From: a virus
Lineage: Duplodnaviria; Heunggongvirae; Uroviricota; Caudoviricetes
Strand: one strand, 5' to 3'
Virus record (IMG/VR): IMGVR_UViG_3300006167_000001
DNA: 64,000 nucleotides
The notes under the pieces are model-generated. The model did no database searches. It was not told where the DNA came from and saw only the letters and a program-made list of their open reading frames with translations. Below, piece by piece: positions 37,834-48,328 of the stretch; the stretch's first letter is position 1, and every line of letters begins with the position of its first letter. A program made the position numbers and the translations under genes.

Positions 37834-38883
37834 ATGGAACTGAAACAATTCTGTAAGGAAAACAACATCCCGCTGGAAAAGCTGGGTGATATTGGAGAGG
37901 TGAGCGATGGCTTCCACACTTTCAACTCGCTCTACCAGCAACGGCTGATTCTGTCCGCCACTCTGGTCAACGCCTTTTCGCATCTGGCGTGGAAGTCCCA
38001 TAAGCACCATGACGGCGAAGCCCCGTTCGGCGGTGGCTGGTTTATCGTCGGTATCAATACGCCGGAGGGTCAGTACACCTATCACTACGAGGACAAGGAC
38101 TGGGATATTTTCCGCTGCCAGGAGCTGGAGAAGGCTCCCAAATTCGACGGCCATACTGACAAGGACGTTGAACGGCTGTTGTCTCTGGTTCCTGATCCTG
38201 AGAAGGATACGATGTCCAGCTGGGCCGCCCATGAGGTCGAGCTGGTGATTCAGTCTGAAAAGGAAGCCTCCAAGGGTACAGATGAATGGATGATGGGCGC
38301 CAACTGTTACGAGAGTGCGCTTCGGGCATTCAACGTTCTCGCCCGCGATGGCCACTCTGGCTTCAGCATTCAGATGACCAAGAGCATCCTGAACCGCCTG
38401 ATCGACGGTAGGTGCCTTACCCCCATTGAGGATGCGCCTGATATTTGGTCGAACATCTCGGGGATCTTTTCCAAGGGAAGTAAGACCAAGCATTATCAGT
38501 GCAAACGACTCTCTTCCCTCTTCAAAGAGGTGGCGGAAGACGGCACTGTGACTCTGAGTGATACCAACCGTGTCTGCGGGATGAATGTGAACAACCCTGA
38601 TGTGACGTTTACGAATGGCTTCATGACCCGGTTGATCGACAAGATATTCCCGATCACTCTGCCCTACCTCCCGTCCAGCAAGAAGTTCAAGGTCGCGGTG
38701 GATGACTTCCTCGTTGATCCCAAGAACAGCGACTATGACACCATCGGTTATCTCTACTTCACCACGCCGGATGGTAAGAAAGTGGAGCTGAACCGCTACT
38801 TCAAGGAAGTTGACGGCCAGATGGTCCAGATTGAGAAGGCCGAGTTCGATGAGCGGAAAGCAAAGCGGGTGGAGCGTAAATAA
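37834..38883 (+). CDS. hypothetical protein
   Basis: 350 aa. RBS AAAGGAGAAAACC. Confidence 0.55.
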   Translation: MELKQFCKENNIPLEKLGDIGEVSDGFHTFNSLYQQRLILSATLVNAFSHLAWKSHKHHDGEAPFGGGWFIVGINTPEGQYTYHYEDKDWDIFRCQELEKAPKFDGHTDKDVERLLSLVPDPEKDTMSSWAAHEVELVIQSEKEASKGTDEWMMGANCYESALRAFNVLARDGHSGFSIQMTKSILNRLIDGRCLTPIEDAPDIWSNISGIFSKGSKTKHYQCKRLSSLFKEVAEDGTVTLSDTNRVCGMNVNNPDVTFTNGFMTRLIDKIFPITLPYLPSSKKFKVAVDDFLVDPKNSDYDTIGYLYFTTPDGKKVELNRYFKEVDGQMVQIEKAEFDERKAKRVERK

Positions 38884-39264
38884 TGAAATATCGGACTATA
38901 TTCAAGTGCCGCCTTTGTGGCGAGATTTACGAAGGCGGATGTACAGGCAGTCAAAGCGTTGCTATGCAGGCAATAACGCTCGCCTGTCTTGGAATACTGT
39001 CACAGCCCCAAGCGCCAACTTTAATAGAGCCGCACAGTTGTAAAAACGGCGACTTCGGTGTGGCTGATTTCCAAGGGTTCAGAAAGGTTGAGGAGAAATG
39101 AGTATTGTCGAGTATGCAGAAAAAGTTCTCGGCATACATTTGTGGCCGTTCCAAAAGCAATTTCTCCAAAAACTCGAAAAGCTCCCTTCTGGGAGTCGCA
39201 TTATTTCTACTCCAAGAGGGATGATAATTGTCGAAGATAGTAAGATGAAGAAGGAGGATCAGCA

Positions 39265-39627
39265 ATGATATTTACAAGTTACTTCGCTAAGCTGAGCAAA
39301 CTTCCTTCGGATGTCGTCCCTATTTCTATCTGTGGTAAAGCGCCTGACTGGTACACGGGGTTACAGTACAAAAAGCTGGCCCCGAAGTACCAGTTTTTCA
39401 TGGAGTGGAAACGGACGCATGACAACGCTTACTATATTGAGCACTTCGAGCAGGAGGTGTTGGATAAGCTGGATGCTGATACGGTGTTTGCGGAGCTTTC
39501 TTCTCTGTCTGGCGTTCAAACCTTTGCTCTGATCTGCTACGAACGGCCAAGCGACTTCTGTCACCGGAATCTCGTGGCTGAATGGTTCTGTAAGAACGGC
39601 TACCGCTGCGAAGAAATTGATATTTAA
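39265..39627 (+). CDS. hypothetical protein
   Basis: 120 aa. RBS AAGGAGG. Confidence 0.5.
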   Translation: MIFTSYFAKLSKLPSDVVPISICGKAPDWYTGLQYKKLAPKYQFFMEWKRTHDNAYYIEHFEQEVLDKLDADTVFAELSSLSGVQTFALICYERPSDFCHRNLVAEWFCKNGYRCEEIDI

Positions 39628-39635
39628 GATAGAGG

Positions 39636-40643
39636 GTGATACCTACGGCAACAGCTGACAAAATACTTGCGGCTAAAAAATGCGGAGACCTGTTCTCGAA
39701 AGCCGACAAGGCCACCGTAGTTCTTGAATACCGCAAACTGGCAAAAGAATTTCATCCAGATGTGTGTCCTCTTCCAAATGCGGAAGATGTATTTAAGCAC
39801 CTCAGCAAGCTCTACGAGGAAGCATTGGATCTGTTGGCACAAGGGCAATGGGAAATCAGCAATGTCGTGTCCATCCGAGATAACTGTGGAAAAACGTACC
39901 AAGGTCGTTACCTCAAAACCTTTCAGTTTGAGCTTGGTGTGGCATATGTTGCGGATCTTTCTGTTACTTATATTCTGGACAAGCAGAACAAGCGCTTCTT
40001 TGATAATGCAATCAATCAGATAGGCGCTTTGAAGTACGCTAACCCCAATATGGAAGAAGAGTTTTCTCGATATTTGCCAAAAATTAAACACAGGTTTGAG
40101 ACAAGAGATGGGCAATATTGTCTGATTTTAGATAAAACGCCGGATGTATTTCTCCTCTCTGATATTTTGGCTTACTACAAGAACTCAATTCCTGACAGAC
40201 ATGCTGCTTGGATTATCAGTCGGCTCTGCAATTTATGTTGCTACTTTGACTACCTCGGTATAGCGCACAATGGACTAACGCTCCAAAACTGTTTTATATC
40301 CCCCACATTTCATACTGTGCTTCCGCTTGGCGGTTGGTGGTATGCACAGAAAGATGGGGATAAGATGCTCGGCGTTCCCAAGGCAATCTATGACATCATG
40401 CCTGTGAAAGCCAAAAGCAGCAAAGCCTCATCCAAACGCACAGACCTCGAAGCCGCAAAACTTATCGGACGCCAGATTACTGACAAGTCTTCTGCTCCGA
40501 AACCTATGCTCGACTTCCTATCTTCTGGTACTTCAACTGCTATCGGGGAGTTTGAGAAATGGAACAAAGCGCTTGACGCATCCTACGGGAAACGCCAATT
40601 TATCGAGATGAAAATTGGCAAAATGGATATTTACAAATCTTAA
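39636..40643 (+). CDS. J-domain (DnaJ-like) protein
   Basis: [16 protein letters not shown]...[16 protein letters not shown]: HPD tripeptide in a J-domain-like helix II/III context. Start codon uncertain. Confidence 0.65.
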   Translation: MIPTATADKILAAKKCGDLFSKADKATVVLEYRKLAKEFHPDVCPLPNAEDVFKHLSKLYEEALDLLAQGQWEISNVVSIRDNCGKTYQGRYLKTFQFELGVAYVADLSVTYILDKQNKRFFDNAINQIGALKYANPNMEEEFSRYLPKIKHRFETRDGQYCLILDKTPDVFLLSDILAYYKNSIPDRHAAWIISRLCNLCCYFDYLGIAHNGLTLQNCFISPTFHTVLPLGGWWYAQKDGDKMLGVPKAIYDIMPVKAKSSKASSKRTDLEAAKLIGRQITDKSSAPKPMLDFLSSGTSTAIGEFEKWNKALDASYGKRQFIEMKIGKMDIYKS

Positions 40644-40666
40644 AATTATTAAAGGAGGCTCTTATT

Positions 40667-41563
40667 ATGGGCAGCGGAAGTTGGACTTCTAAGGATTGGA
40701 ACAACTATTCCAAGCAGACTATCAGCGGGCGGAGCACGGCCCAGATATATTCCAGCACCAACGTGAAATCCGAGTTTGACCCCAAGAACATCAAGACGCG
40801 GGAGAGCTGCGACGGGAGCGACCACCCCACCAGCAATGCGATCATCATCGGCCTGGACGTAACCGGCTCCATGGGTGACATCCTCAACAGTGTCGCCAAT
40901 AAGCTGAGTGTTCTGGTTCAGGAGATTCTGAATCGGAAGCCCATCGCCGATCCCCAGATCATGTTCAATGCCATCGGGGACGCTATGTGCGATCATTATC
41001 CCTTCCAGGCGACCCAATTTGAGAGTGATATTCGCATCGCCGAGCAGCTCACAAAGCTCTACTTCGAGCAGGGCGGTGGTGGAAACGACTTCGAGAGCTA
41101 TCCTCTGGCCTGGTATTTTGCGTCACGGCACACGTCTATCGACTGCTTCGAGAAGCGTGGTAAGAAGGGATTCCTCTTTACCATGGGCGATGACTGCTAT
41201 CCCAAGAAACTCACCAAGTCTGAAATCCAGAATATTTTCGGCGACACCGTCGAAGCGGACATTCCCGTTGATGAGCTGCTGGACGAGGTGAACCGCAAAT
41301 ACGAAGTCTTTCATCTGGTTCTGGATCGCTACGGGGATTCCAGCCGTGTGGCTGAGTGGCGCAAACTCATGGGCGAGCGGGTCATCGTGGTGAAGGACCA
41401 CACCAAGGTTCCTGAGATCATCGTTTCTATCCTGGAGACCATGGGCGGTAAGGATGCCGACACCGTGGCCGACAGCTGGGACGGTTCCACTTCCTTGGTG
41501 GTTAAGGAGGCTCTCAGCGGCTTGAAGAGCACATCTGCCAAGGATGAACTGGTCACGTTCTAA
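40667..41563 (+). CDS. von Willebrand factor A (vWA) domain protein
   Basis: MIDAS motif [13 protein letters not shown]. Confidence 0.7.
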   Translation: MGSGSWTSKDWNNYSKQTISGRSTAQIYSSTNVKSEFDPKNIKTRESCDGSDHPTSNAIIIGLDVTGSMGDILNSVANKLSVLVQEILNRKPIADPQIMFNAIGDAMCDHYPFQATQFESDIRIAEQLTKLYFEQGGGGNDFESYPLAWYFASRHTSIDCFEKRGKKGFLFTMGDDCYPKKLTKSEIQNIFGDTVEADIPVDELLDEVNRKYEVFHLVLDRYGDSSRVAEWRKLMGERVIVVKDHTKVPEIIVSILETMGGKDADTVADSWDGSTSLVVKEALSGLKSTSAKDELVTF

Positions 41564-41575
41564 CGAGGGCCAGTT

Positions 41576-42796
41576 ATGAAAAAAGAAATCAAAATAGTCA
41601 TCGGGGCAAATTTCGGCGATGAGGGTAAAGGCCTTATAACAGATTATTTCTGTCATCAACTGCTTGTTGCCGGGCATGATGTACTCAACATCCGGCATAA
41701 TGGCGGAGCGCAAGCAGCTCATAATGTTGTTACGCCCGATGGAAAGCAGCATGTGTTTAGCCACTTCGGCGCAGGGAGTTTCAACCCCAACCTCGCCACC
41801 TACTTGGCCGGTGAGTTCATCCTTAACCCAATTCTGTTTTGTCGGGAGTGGGATGAGCTCGAAAAGTTAGGCGTTGCTCCTAAAGTCTATATCAACAAAA
41901 ACTGCCGTATCACAACCCCATATGACATGATGCTCAACCAAATTCTTGAGCGTCGTAGAGGTGATAATCGGCATGGGAGTTGCGGAATTGGGATTAACGA
42001 AACCATTGAACGCTACAATTCGTTCCACGCCAATGTGTTTGGCTGCAATACAACGGCCACTGATATTCGTAAGCGGTTATTCTCTGATGATCTTAGTAGC
42101 TACAAAAACGAACTTCATATGCTTGTAACATGGTATATTCCGATCAGACTGTCGGCTCTTGGAGTCACGTTGACAAAAGAGGAGCATGAACTCTTTGAAA
42201 ATCAGACCATTATGGATAATTTCCTTACCCAGGTGCAGGAAATGATGTCTCGTTGTGTTGTTGTGGATGACACTATCATTCGCAATTATAGTGGCCTCGT
42301 CTTTGAAGGCGCTCAAGGCTTGCTTCTGGATACTGACTACCTCGTATTTGCCCCGCATCTCACCAGCTCTAAAACCGGTTCCTACAACCCGAAGAAAATC
42401 CTTTTGGAAAATGATTTACAGAACGAAGACATTGAGTTCTGCTATGTCACTCGTTCCTACTTCACTCGGCATGGCTTTGGTCCGTTCCCTACCGAATGCG
42501 ACAAAAAAGAGTTGTTTGGAATGGATGTCGAAGAAAAGTACAACCATGAGAATGAGTTCCAGGGGAAGTTCCGTTTTGGATATTTTGATACCAGCCGTTT
42601 CAGTTGTGCATTCCATGCTGATCTGGCATATATGCTGGATAGCTTTCCTAATTCGGACGGTGTCATCGCAATGACCCATTTGGATAAAACCGATGACATG
42701 ATATTCGCTTCGGATGGAAAAATTCCGGCAAGAAATCTTGAACATCTCAAGTATGTCAGCTATGGCGAAACGAGAGACTGCGTGAAAATCAAATAA
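41576..42796 (+). CDS. adenylosuccinate synthetase homologue (PurA-like; candidate PurZ)
   Basis: GANFGDEGKGLITDY (P-loop), NGGAQAAHNVV, GSCGIGINET. C-terminal THLD in place of PurA TKLD. Markedly lower GC than flanks. Confidence 0.8.
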   Translation: MKKEIKIVIGANFGDEGKGLITDYFCHQLLVAGHDVLNIRHNGGAQAAHNVVTPDGKQHVFSHFGAGSFNPNLATYLAGEFILNPILFCREWDELEKLGVAPKVYINKNCRITTPYDMMLNQILERRRGDNRHGSCGIGINETIERYNSFHANVFGCNTTATDIRKRLFSDDLSSYKNELHMLVTWYIPIRLSALGVTLTKEEHELFENQTIMDNFLTQVQEMMSRCVVVDDTIIRNYSGLVFEGAQGLLLDTDYLVFAPHLTSSKTGSYNPKKILLENDLQNEDIEFCYVTRSYFTRHGFGPFPTECDKKELFGMDVEEKYNHENEFQGKFRFGYFDTSRFSCAFHADLAYMLDSFPNSDGVIAMTHLDKTDDMIFASDGKIPARNLEHLKYVSYGETRDCVKIK

Positions 42797-42808
42797 GGAG
42801 ACGACGCC

Positions 42809-43066
42809 ATGAATAAAAAACTGCTTGCAGCCATCCTCGCTCTGGGGATGGCTCTTTCTCTGGCTGGGTGCGGAAACCGCCAGATGATTGACCTCACCTA
42901 CAGTTACAAGTACGCCATCATCAGCCTGCCCAACGGGGAAATCGTCGAGGGCAAGGTTGATTCCTGGAAAGACTTTGAGGATGGAGACCAGCTCCAGATC
43001 ACCGTTGACGGTGTGACCTATCTTGTCCATGCTACGGATGCCGTCTTGATAACGGAGGAGAGGTAA
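42809..43066 (+). CDS. lipoprotein
   Basis: Signal plus lipobox LSLAGCGN. Confidence 0.5.
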   Translation: MNKKLLAAILALGMALSLAGCGNRQMIDLTYSYKYAIISLPNGEIVEGKVDSWKDFEDGDQLQITVDGVTYLVHATDAVLITEER

Positions 43067-43068
43067 CT

Positions 43069-43338
43069 ATGAACATGACCATCGAATGGGGTACCAGACT
43101 CTGTACTGTTAAAGGCGAGTCTGGATATTTTCACACCTGGGAGCACTACTCAAAGCCACTCCCGGCAAGTCCACTCGTCGGCGGAGAACCTGCTGGAGTG
43201 TTTAGCCAGGTCTTCGGAATCGTGGAGTTCAAGGATGGCATCCGGCGAGTAGACCCGACTACCATCGTATTCTGCGATGAAGAAAACGCGGCGCTCAAAG
43301 TATTTGAAGAAAAGGAGAAAACGCATGATTCTGATTGA
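43069..43338 (+). CDS. hypothetical protein
   Basis: 89 aa. Confidence 0.45.
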   Translation: MNMTIEWGTRLCTVKGESGYFHTWEHYSKPLPASPLVGGEPAGVFSQVFGIVEFKDGIRRVDPTTIVFCDEENAALKVFEEKEKTHDSD

Positions 43339-44332
43339 GAATGCCCAGATCATGGGCTTGGAACCCACTATCCGCGGAATGCGGAATCCGATGAACAGCT
43401 GGGCCAAAAGCGACAGCGGCCTATGCAATCACGATGGTGAAAGCACTGTTGAATGCAACAACTGTGTATTTAATTGTCTTGGCTCTGATTTTTATGTGGC
43501 CAGGGTTTGTCCGCATGATTTTATGGTCGGAAAAGCAGATTTGGATCTGATGCTACGGCTGGCCAGGGCCGGCTCGGTGGACGGCAAGTTCCGCCGGATG
43601 ATTGCGGTGTACGTTGACATCACCGCCCCGCTCTACTGGTGGAAGGAGTTCGACACCTATAAGGTGGGTACGGTCGCCAACTCCTGCTCCACCATGCACA
43701 AGATCCACGCCAAGGAGTTCACGCTGGAGGACTTCAGCCATGAACATTTGCTTGGGGAAGGCTGTATTCCCGACCATGCCTATCAGAACCCTCATGATAT
43801 TTTGGCTCTCACCGTTGACTGCCTCAATTACTGGCGGGAGAAGTATCTGGAACTTTCAAAGATCGACGAATCAGCATGGAGAGCGGCCCCGAAAGCCAGG
43901 GGTTTAACAGATGAATCAGTTACTGCCGCTAAGAAGAGATGTTGGTGGCAGATGATTCAGCTTCTCCCCTCCAGCTACAACCAGAAGCGGACGGTCATGC
44001 TGAACTACGAGGTCCTGTCCAATATCTACCAGCACCGGCGCAACCACAAGCTGGACGAGTGGCGGGAACTCTGCAAGTGGATTGAGGGCCTGCCGTACAG
44101 CGAGGTTATTACCTGCAATGCAGCCAAGCAGGAAGAAGACAGTTCCATTGTGGCAGCCATTACAAAGCTGAAGAACGAACAGTGGAGTACGGAGGACATT
44201 GTGGCACTTCTCCTTGGTCAGACTAAGAAAGAGTACATGAAACTCTTTTCTGACGATACGGATAAAATGCCTGTTCATGGAGGAGCTTTTGAGATTCCTG
44301 CTGTTATGGCTGATAATACCAAAAACGATTAA
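43325..44332 (+). CDS. hypothetical protein; possible divergent ThyX-fold (flavin-dependent thymidylate synthase-like) lacking the RHR motif
   Basis: VARVCPHDF and APLYWWKEFDTYKVGTVANSCSTMH align position-wise with ThyX ...[24 protein letters not shown], but the catalytic R/H/R/S residues are substituted. Confidence 0.3.
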   Translation: MILIENAQIMGLEPTIRGMRNPMNSWAKSDSGLCNHDGESTVECNNCVFNCLGSDFYVARVCPHDFMVGKADLDLMLRLARAGSVDGKFRRMIAVYVDITAPLYWWKEFDTYKVGTVANSCSTMHKIHAKEFTLEDFSHEHLLGEGCIPDHAYQNPHDILALTVDCLNYWREKYLELSKIDESAWRAAPKARGLTDESVTAAKKRCWWQMIQLLPSSYNQKRTVMLNYEVLSNIYQHRRNHKLDEWRELCKWIEGLPYSEVITCNAAKQEEDSSIVAAITKLKNEQWSTEDIVALLLGQTKKEYMKLFSDDTDKMPVHGGAFEIPAVMADNTKND

Positions 44333-44335
44333 GCC

Positions 44336-44890
44336 ATGAGCGACAAACCCAATAAAAAGATATTTGGAAGGTTAGCCCCGTGGAAACCGATACCTCTCCA
44401 TACCGGGCCAGCGTTTCTTCAACTTCCCCAACCGGCATCGCCCAAAGCTCTCAAACCAGCACCTGCTCCCGGTGACCACCACCGTGAAACATTTGAGCCT
44501 ATTATCTCCAGAACCATAGAGATGGACAAGTTTACAGCAGAAGTCATACTTCGGTATCGCGACCTTGATGGAGAGCGTGAGATCAGAACCTGCCCCGGTG
44601 ATATTTACAAAATCGTCAACGTGTTCATGGACTATGCCAGATTGTTGGAGCTGGTTAATGATGAGTGGGATTTAGATCCTTATCGTCGTGCCGTCAATGA
44701 AGTAACCGCTGATAAACTGAGGTCTATTGCGAGGAAGTATCAGGAGGCTATCGGCTACGACTATGAGGCGGCGCTGGCAAAGTGTGAGGCCAAACAGAAA
44801 AAGCAGCGTAAAGATGATGACGTCGGCGGCGATGCTTTGGAGCTGGCTATGAAGCGTGGAAAACGAAACCCTAAGAAAAAGGAGAAGTGA
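44336..44890 (+). CDS. hypothetical protein with basic C-terminus
   Basis: 184 aa. Confidence 0.5.
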   Translation: MSDKPNKKIFGRLAPWKPIPLHTGPAFLQLPQPASPKALKPAPAPGDHHRETFEPIISRTIEMDKFTAEVILRYRDLDGEREIRTCPGDIYKIVNVFMDYARLLELVNDEWDLDPYRRAVNEVTADKLRSIARKYQEAIGYDYEAALAKCEAKQKKQRKDDDVGGDALELAMKRGKRNPKKKEK

Positions 44891-44893
44891 CCT

Positions 44894-45259
44894 ATGTTTC
44901 GAGTAATCATTGCCGGCGGGCGAGACTTTGCTGACTATGAGCTGCTGTCCAAGACGATGGATGAGTATCTTCCTGAAATCACAGATGATATCTCTATTGT
45001 ATGTGGACAAGCTCGTGGCGCTGACACCCTCGGAGAGCAATATGCCAAGGAGCACGGCTACAACGTTCAATATTTTCCCGTTGAATGGAAACGGTATTGT
45101 AAGGCTGCCGGTTATATTCGCAATACTGAAATGGCGAAGAATGCGGATGCCTTAGTGGCCTTTTGGGACGGTGCCAGTCTCGGAACCAAACACATGATCG
45201 CCACTGCTGAACGGCTCCACTTGGATGTCAAGGTGGTAACATACAGAAAGGGGGAGTAG
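44894..45259 (+). CDS. SLOG/DUF2493-like protein
   Basis: VIIAGGRDFADYELL...IVCGQARGADTLGEQYA pattern. Confidence 0.45.
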   Translation: MFRVIIAGGRDFADYELLSKTMDEYLPEITDDISIVCGQARGADTLGEQYAKEHGYNVQYFPVEWKRYCKAAGYIRNTEMAKNADALVAFWDGASLGTKHMIATAERLHLDVKVVTYRKGE

Positions 45260-45262
45260 CAT

Positions 45263-45550
45263 ATGGCGTGGATACCAGTATCCGAACACCTTCCTAAAGA
45301 AGGCCAAGAGATTTTAGTAACTGTCTGGGAAGATTGCAGTTATGGGAAGGGGACCGATATTCACACTCATGTGGATATGGCCACATTCCAAATAGGAGGC
45401 GGCTACATCCCAGTTGATGAAAAATACTCTCCAGATGGAGGCTACTTTGATACCTTTAATGACTGGATGGAGGGTCAACCTTGTAAAATCTTGGCATGGA
45501 TGCCATTACCAGAACCTTATGAGGAGGAGAAAAAATGTACGGAGGCGTAG
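45263..45550 (+). CDS. DUF551-like phage protein
   Basis: WIPVSEHLPKEGQEILVTVWED pattern. Confidence 0.45.
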   Translation: MAWIPVSEHLPKEGQEILVTVWEDCSYGKGTDIHTHVDMATFQIGGGYIPVDEKYSPDGGYFDTFNDWMEGQPCKILAWMPLPEPYEEEKKCTEA

Positions 45551-46512
45551 AGGAAACTCAATGCACTCATTGTGACCACCTTCAGGTTTGCTCCCTCAAA
45601 GAGCAATTCATAGCAGCACAGAACGCTGTAAACAGATTATCGGTAAATCTTGGTGACCGAACCACGAAAGATCTCCGTAACTTCGATTGGATTAAGAAGG
45701 TAAAGCTGGAATGCGAGCACTTTGCGGCAAAGCGGCCGACTCAACGTGATATTTCAACTGAGAATCAAGCTCGCGGTACTTTGCCTTATCCTTCCGAAGG
45801 CGGAAAGTTCATGGAGAACCCTACATGACCAAACAAGAAAAAATTGTTGTCTCAGCGTATACAGGTGTCCTGATGTGTGATTTAGACGCTCTGCAAAATT
45901 ATATTCAGGACAAGCTGGGGTGGCCGGTTTGGACGCATGAGCTCCCCTCTAAGGAAGTTTTGGAGGAGATCAGGGAAAAGTCCAAGGATGACTTTATCTC
46001 TATCTGTTTGAGTAACGGCAATGATCTGATAAGCCGCTCAGCTCTCCTGAAAGAAATTGGCGATCCTGACGACGGAATGGTATTGCCGGCAAAGCATGGA
46101 ATCATAGATTTAGTCAAAAGAGCTCCCGCTATGTGAATTGATATTTCCTCAGTCCTATGCTACAATGATCTTATGCACATTCAAGGAGGTGTTAAGGTCA
46201 TGGCCGAAGAGATCAAAAGTGGAACTCAATCTTCTGCGCAGAAAAAGCAACCCCCTTTATGGAAGGAGGTGAATGACATGAGCGACAAGGAACAAATGAC
46301 CATGCTAATCGACATCTACACCGATTTGCAGCGAATCAAATCTGCGGAAGATCGCGACAAGGAGATCGACTACCAGATTAAAGCGGCAAAGGCGAAGTTG
46401 GAGGCATTTGGCGTTGTAACCGAAAATCTGGACATTCACTGATTCCAAACCGGGAGAGGGCCTACGGAAACGTGGGCTCTCTTCTTTTATATTTTTAAGG
46501 AGGAATCCTAAT

Positions 46513-47043
46513 ATGAAAAAGTTCTTATCTGTGATTCTGGCAATGTCCTGTCTGCTCTGCATCTTGACCGGATGTGAGGAGTCCGGTTCCCACAAGGATA
46601 CCCGCCAGACCCTCGAAACCGTGAGTTCCCTTCAGGAGAAGCAGCCCACTCCGACCGATCTCGATTTTTCCCTGGAGCGGTACAATCTGATCCGCCGGGC
46701 CTACTGGGTAAATGGACAGCGGGAAAAAGCCGCCGCAGTTGTCTGCCAGGTCGAGAAGCCCCTTGGTTACATCATCCTGTTTACCGAGAGCGGTAGTGTG
46801 GTTGGGAGATTTGTCGTTGACGGAAAAGTCTCCAGCTTGAACAGCTTTCTGACACCTGACAGTGAGGAATACAACGCTTCCTACTCCGCGTGGATCGCTG
46901 ATGTGGACGGCTCCTATGGTGAGAACGACTTTGGGATATTCTTCTTTACCCCGGACGGTAAGTACGTCGAGTGGACCGGTACCTACCTCTATTCTGATAT
47001 TCCGTTTGAGGTGGATGACCCGGTCGTGAAAGTCGGAGGGTAA
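46513..47043 (+). CDS. lipoprotein
   Basis: Signal plus lipobox ILTGCEES. Confidence 0.55.
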   Translation: MKKFLSVILAMSCLLCILTGCEESGSHKDTRQTLETVSSLQEKQPTPTDLDFSLERYNLIRRAYWVNGQREKAAAVVCQVEKPLGYIILFTESGSVVGRFVVDGKVSSLNSFLTPDSEEYNASYSAWIADVDGSYGENDFGIFFFTPDGKYVEWTGTYLYSDIPFEVDDPVVKVGG

Positions 47044-47048
47044 CCGCC

Positions 47049-47435
47049 ATGAGAAAGACACTTACAGTTCTGGGGGCGGTCGTTTTGACCGTCCTCATTT
47101 GTGTTGCCGTCATGTTCGCTGGCTGGGGCAACACATGGTTCACGAATAAGATGGACTATGTCAACCAGAAAATTGACGATGCCACCAATTATGAGACCCG
47201 CAAAGAGGTTGAGGATAGCTGTCGTGCCATGGTCTCGTCTTATGAGGCTGACAAACTGACTTGGGAGCAGTATAAGGATAGCGATAGCTCTGAGCAATGC
47301 TCATGGGCCGACCAGGCCAAAATGCGGGCAAACCGGACGGCAGCCAACTACAACAATTATATTCTCAAAAACTCCTATGTTTGGAGCGGGAATATCCCTG
47401 AAGACATTCTTTCGGAATTGAAGCCGATTGAGTAA
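47049..47435 (+). CDS. membrane-anchored protein
   Basis: N-terminal TM LTVLGAVVLTVLICVAVMFAGW. Confidence 0.5.
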   Translation: MRKTLTVLGAVVLTVLICVAVMFAGWGNTWFTNKMDYVNQKIDDATNYETRKEVEDSCRAMVSSYEADKLTWEQYKDSDSSEQCSWADQAKMRANRTAANYNNYILKNSYVWSGNIPEDILSELKPIE

Positions 47436-47881
47436 AAATCAAAAAAAACGGAGGTACATCAAAATGCGTAAGTTTCTCAGGAACATGGCGAAGGCCAAGA
47501 TGAAGGAGATGGGCTACTCCAAGGTCAACAAGCGGATGGATCGGGGCCGCTGGCGTGAGATCGTCGGCGCCTATCCGGTGAACCTCTTTACCGGCGAGAA
47601 GATGTCCGTGAACTTCCGCGGCCGGAAGAAGAACAAGCCCGGCTCCTACAACTCCCTCTTCGCGTACTGATGAAAAACGCTTTTCAAGCGGCCAAAGGCG
47701 AAGTCGTATGGGTTCGGGGTTGTAACTCCGATGGTAGCCTGCGCTACGTCATCACCAGCAACAAAACACGAGATCGCTATTTCCTCTATGCACTTAAAAA
47801 GGGCGAGTGGGAGAAGATAGCTAAAGCCCGGTCCCCGATTGCTTTCGAGGGCCGGGTCAAATTATATTAGGAGGCCTGTCA

Positions 47882-48328
47882 ATGTCTACATACAACGACT
47901 ACTATGGAGATGAAATATGGCCTCCGATTGTTAAGGAGGAATGCAGCATGACCAAAGAAGAGCAGGTCATCGAGACCATCAGAAAAGGGCCGGGTATGAG
48001 CCCGAATGAGTATCAGAAGCTGGCGCTTCGGACGGCATCCGAGGAATCCATGAAAGATCCTTTGCTGAACGGCCTGCTGGGTCTCGGAGGTGAAACTGGC
48101 GAGTGCCAGGATCTCTATAAGAAGCACCGCTTCCAGGGCCATGAGCTCGACAAGGCTAAGATGGCCAAGGAGCTGGGTGACGTGTCCTGGTATTTGGCGC
48201 TCACGGCCTATGCCATCGGCTATAACCTGGAGGATATTTTCAAGATGAACATCGAAAAGCTCCGGGCCAGGTATCCGGATGGCTTCGATGCTGACCACAG
48301 CCTCCACCGGCAGCCCGGGGATATTTAG
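47882..48328 (+). CDS. MazG-like nucleoside triphosphate pyrophosphohydrolase
   Basis: EYQKLALRTA...GLGGETGECQDL...KELGDVSWYLALTAYAIGYNLEDI (EExxE/MazG fold signature). Confidence 0.8.
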   Translation: MSTYNDYYGDEIWPPIVKEECSMTKEEQVIETIRKGPGMSPNEYQKLALRTASEESMKDPLLNGLLGLGGETGECQDLYKKHRFQGHELDKAKMAKELGDVSWYLALTAYAIGYNLEDIFKMNIEKLRARYPDGFDADHSLHRQPGDI

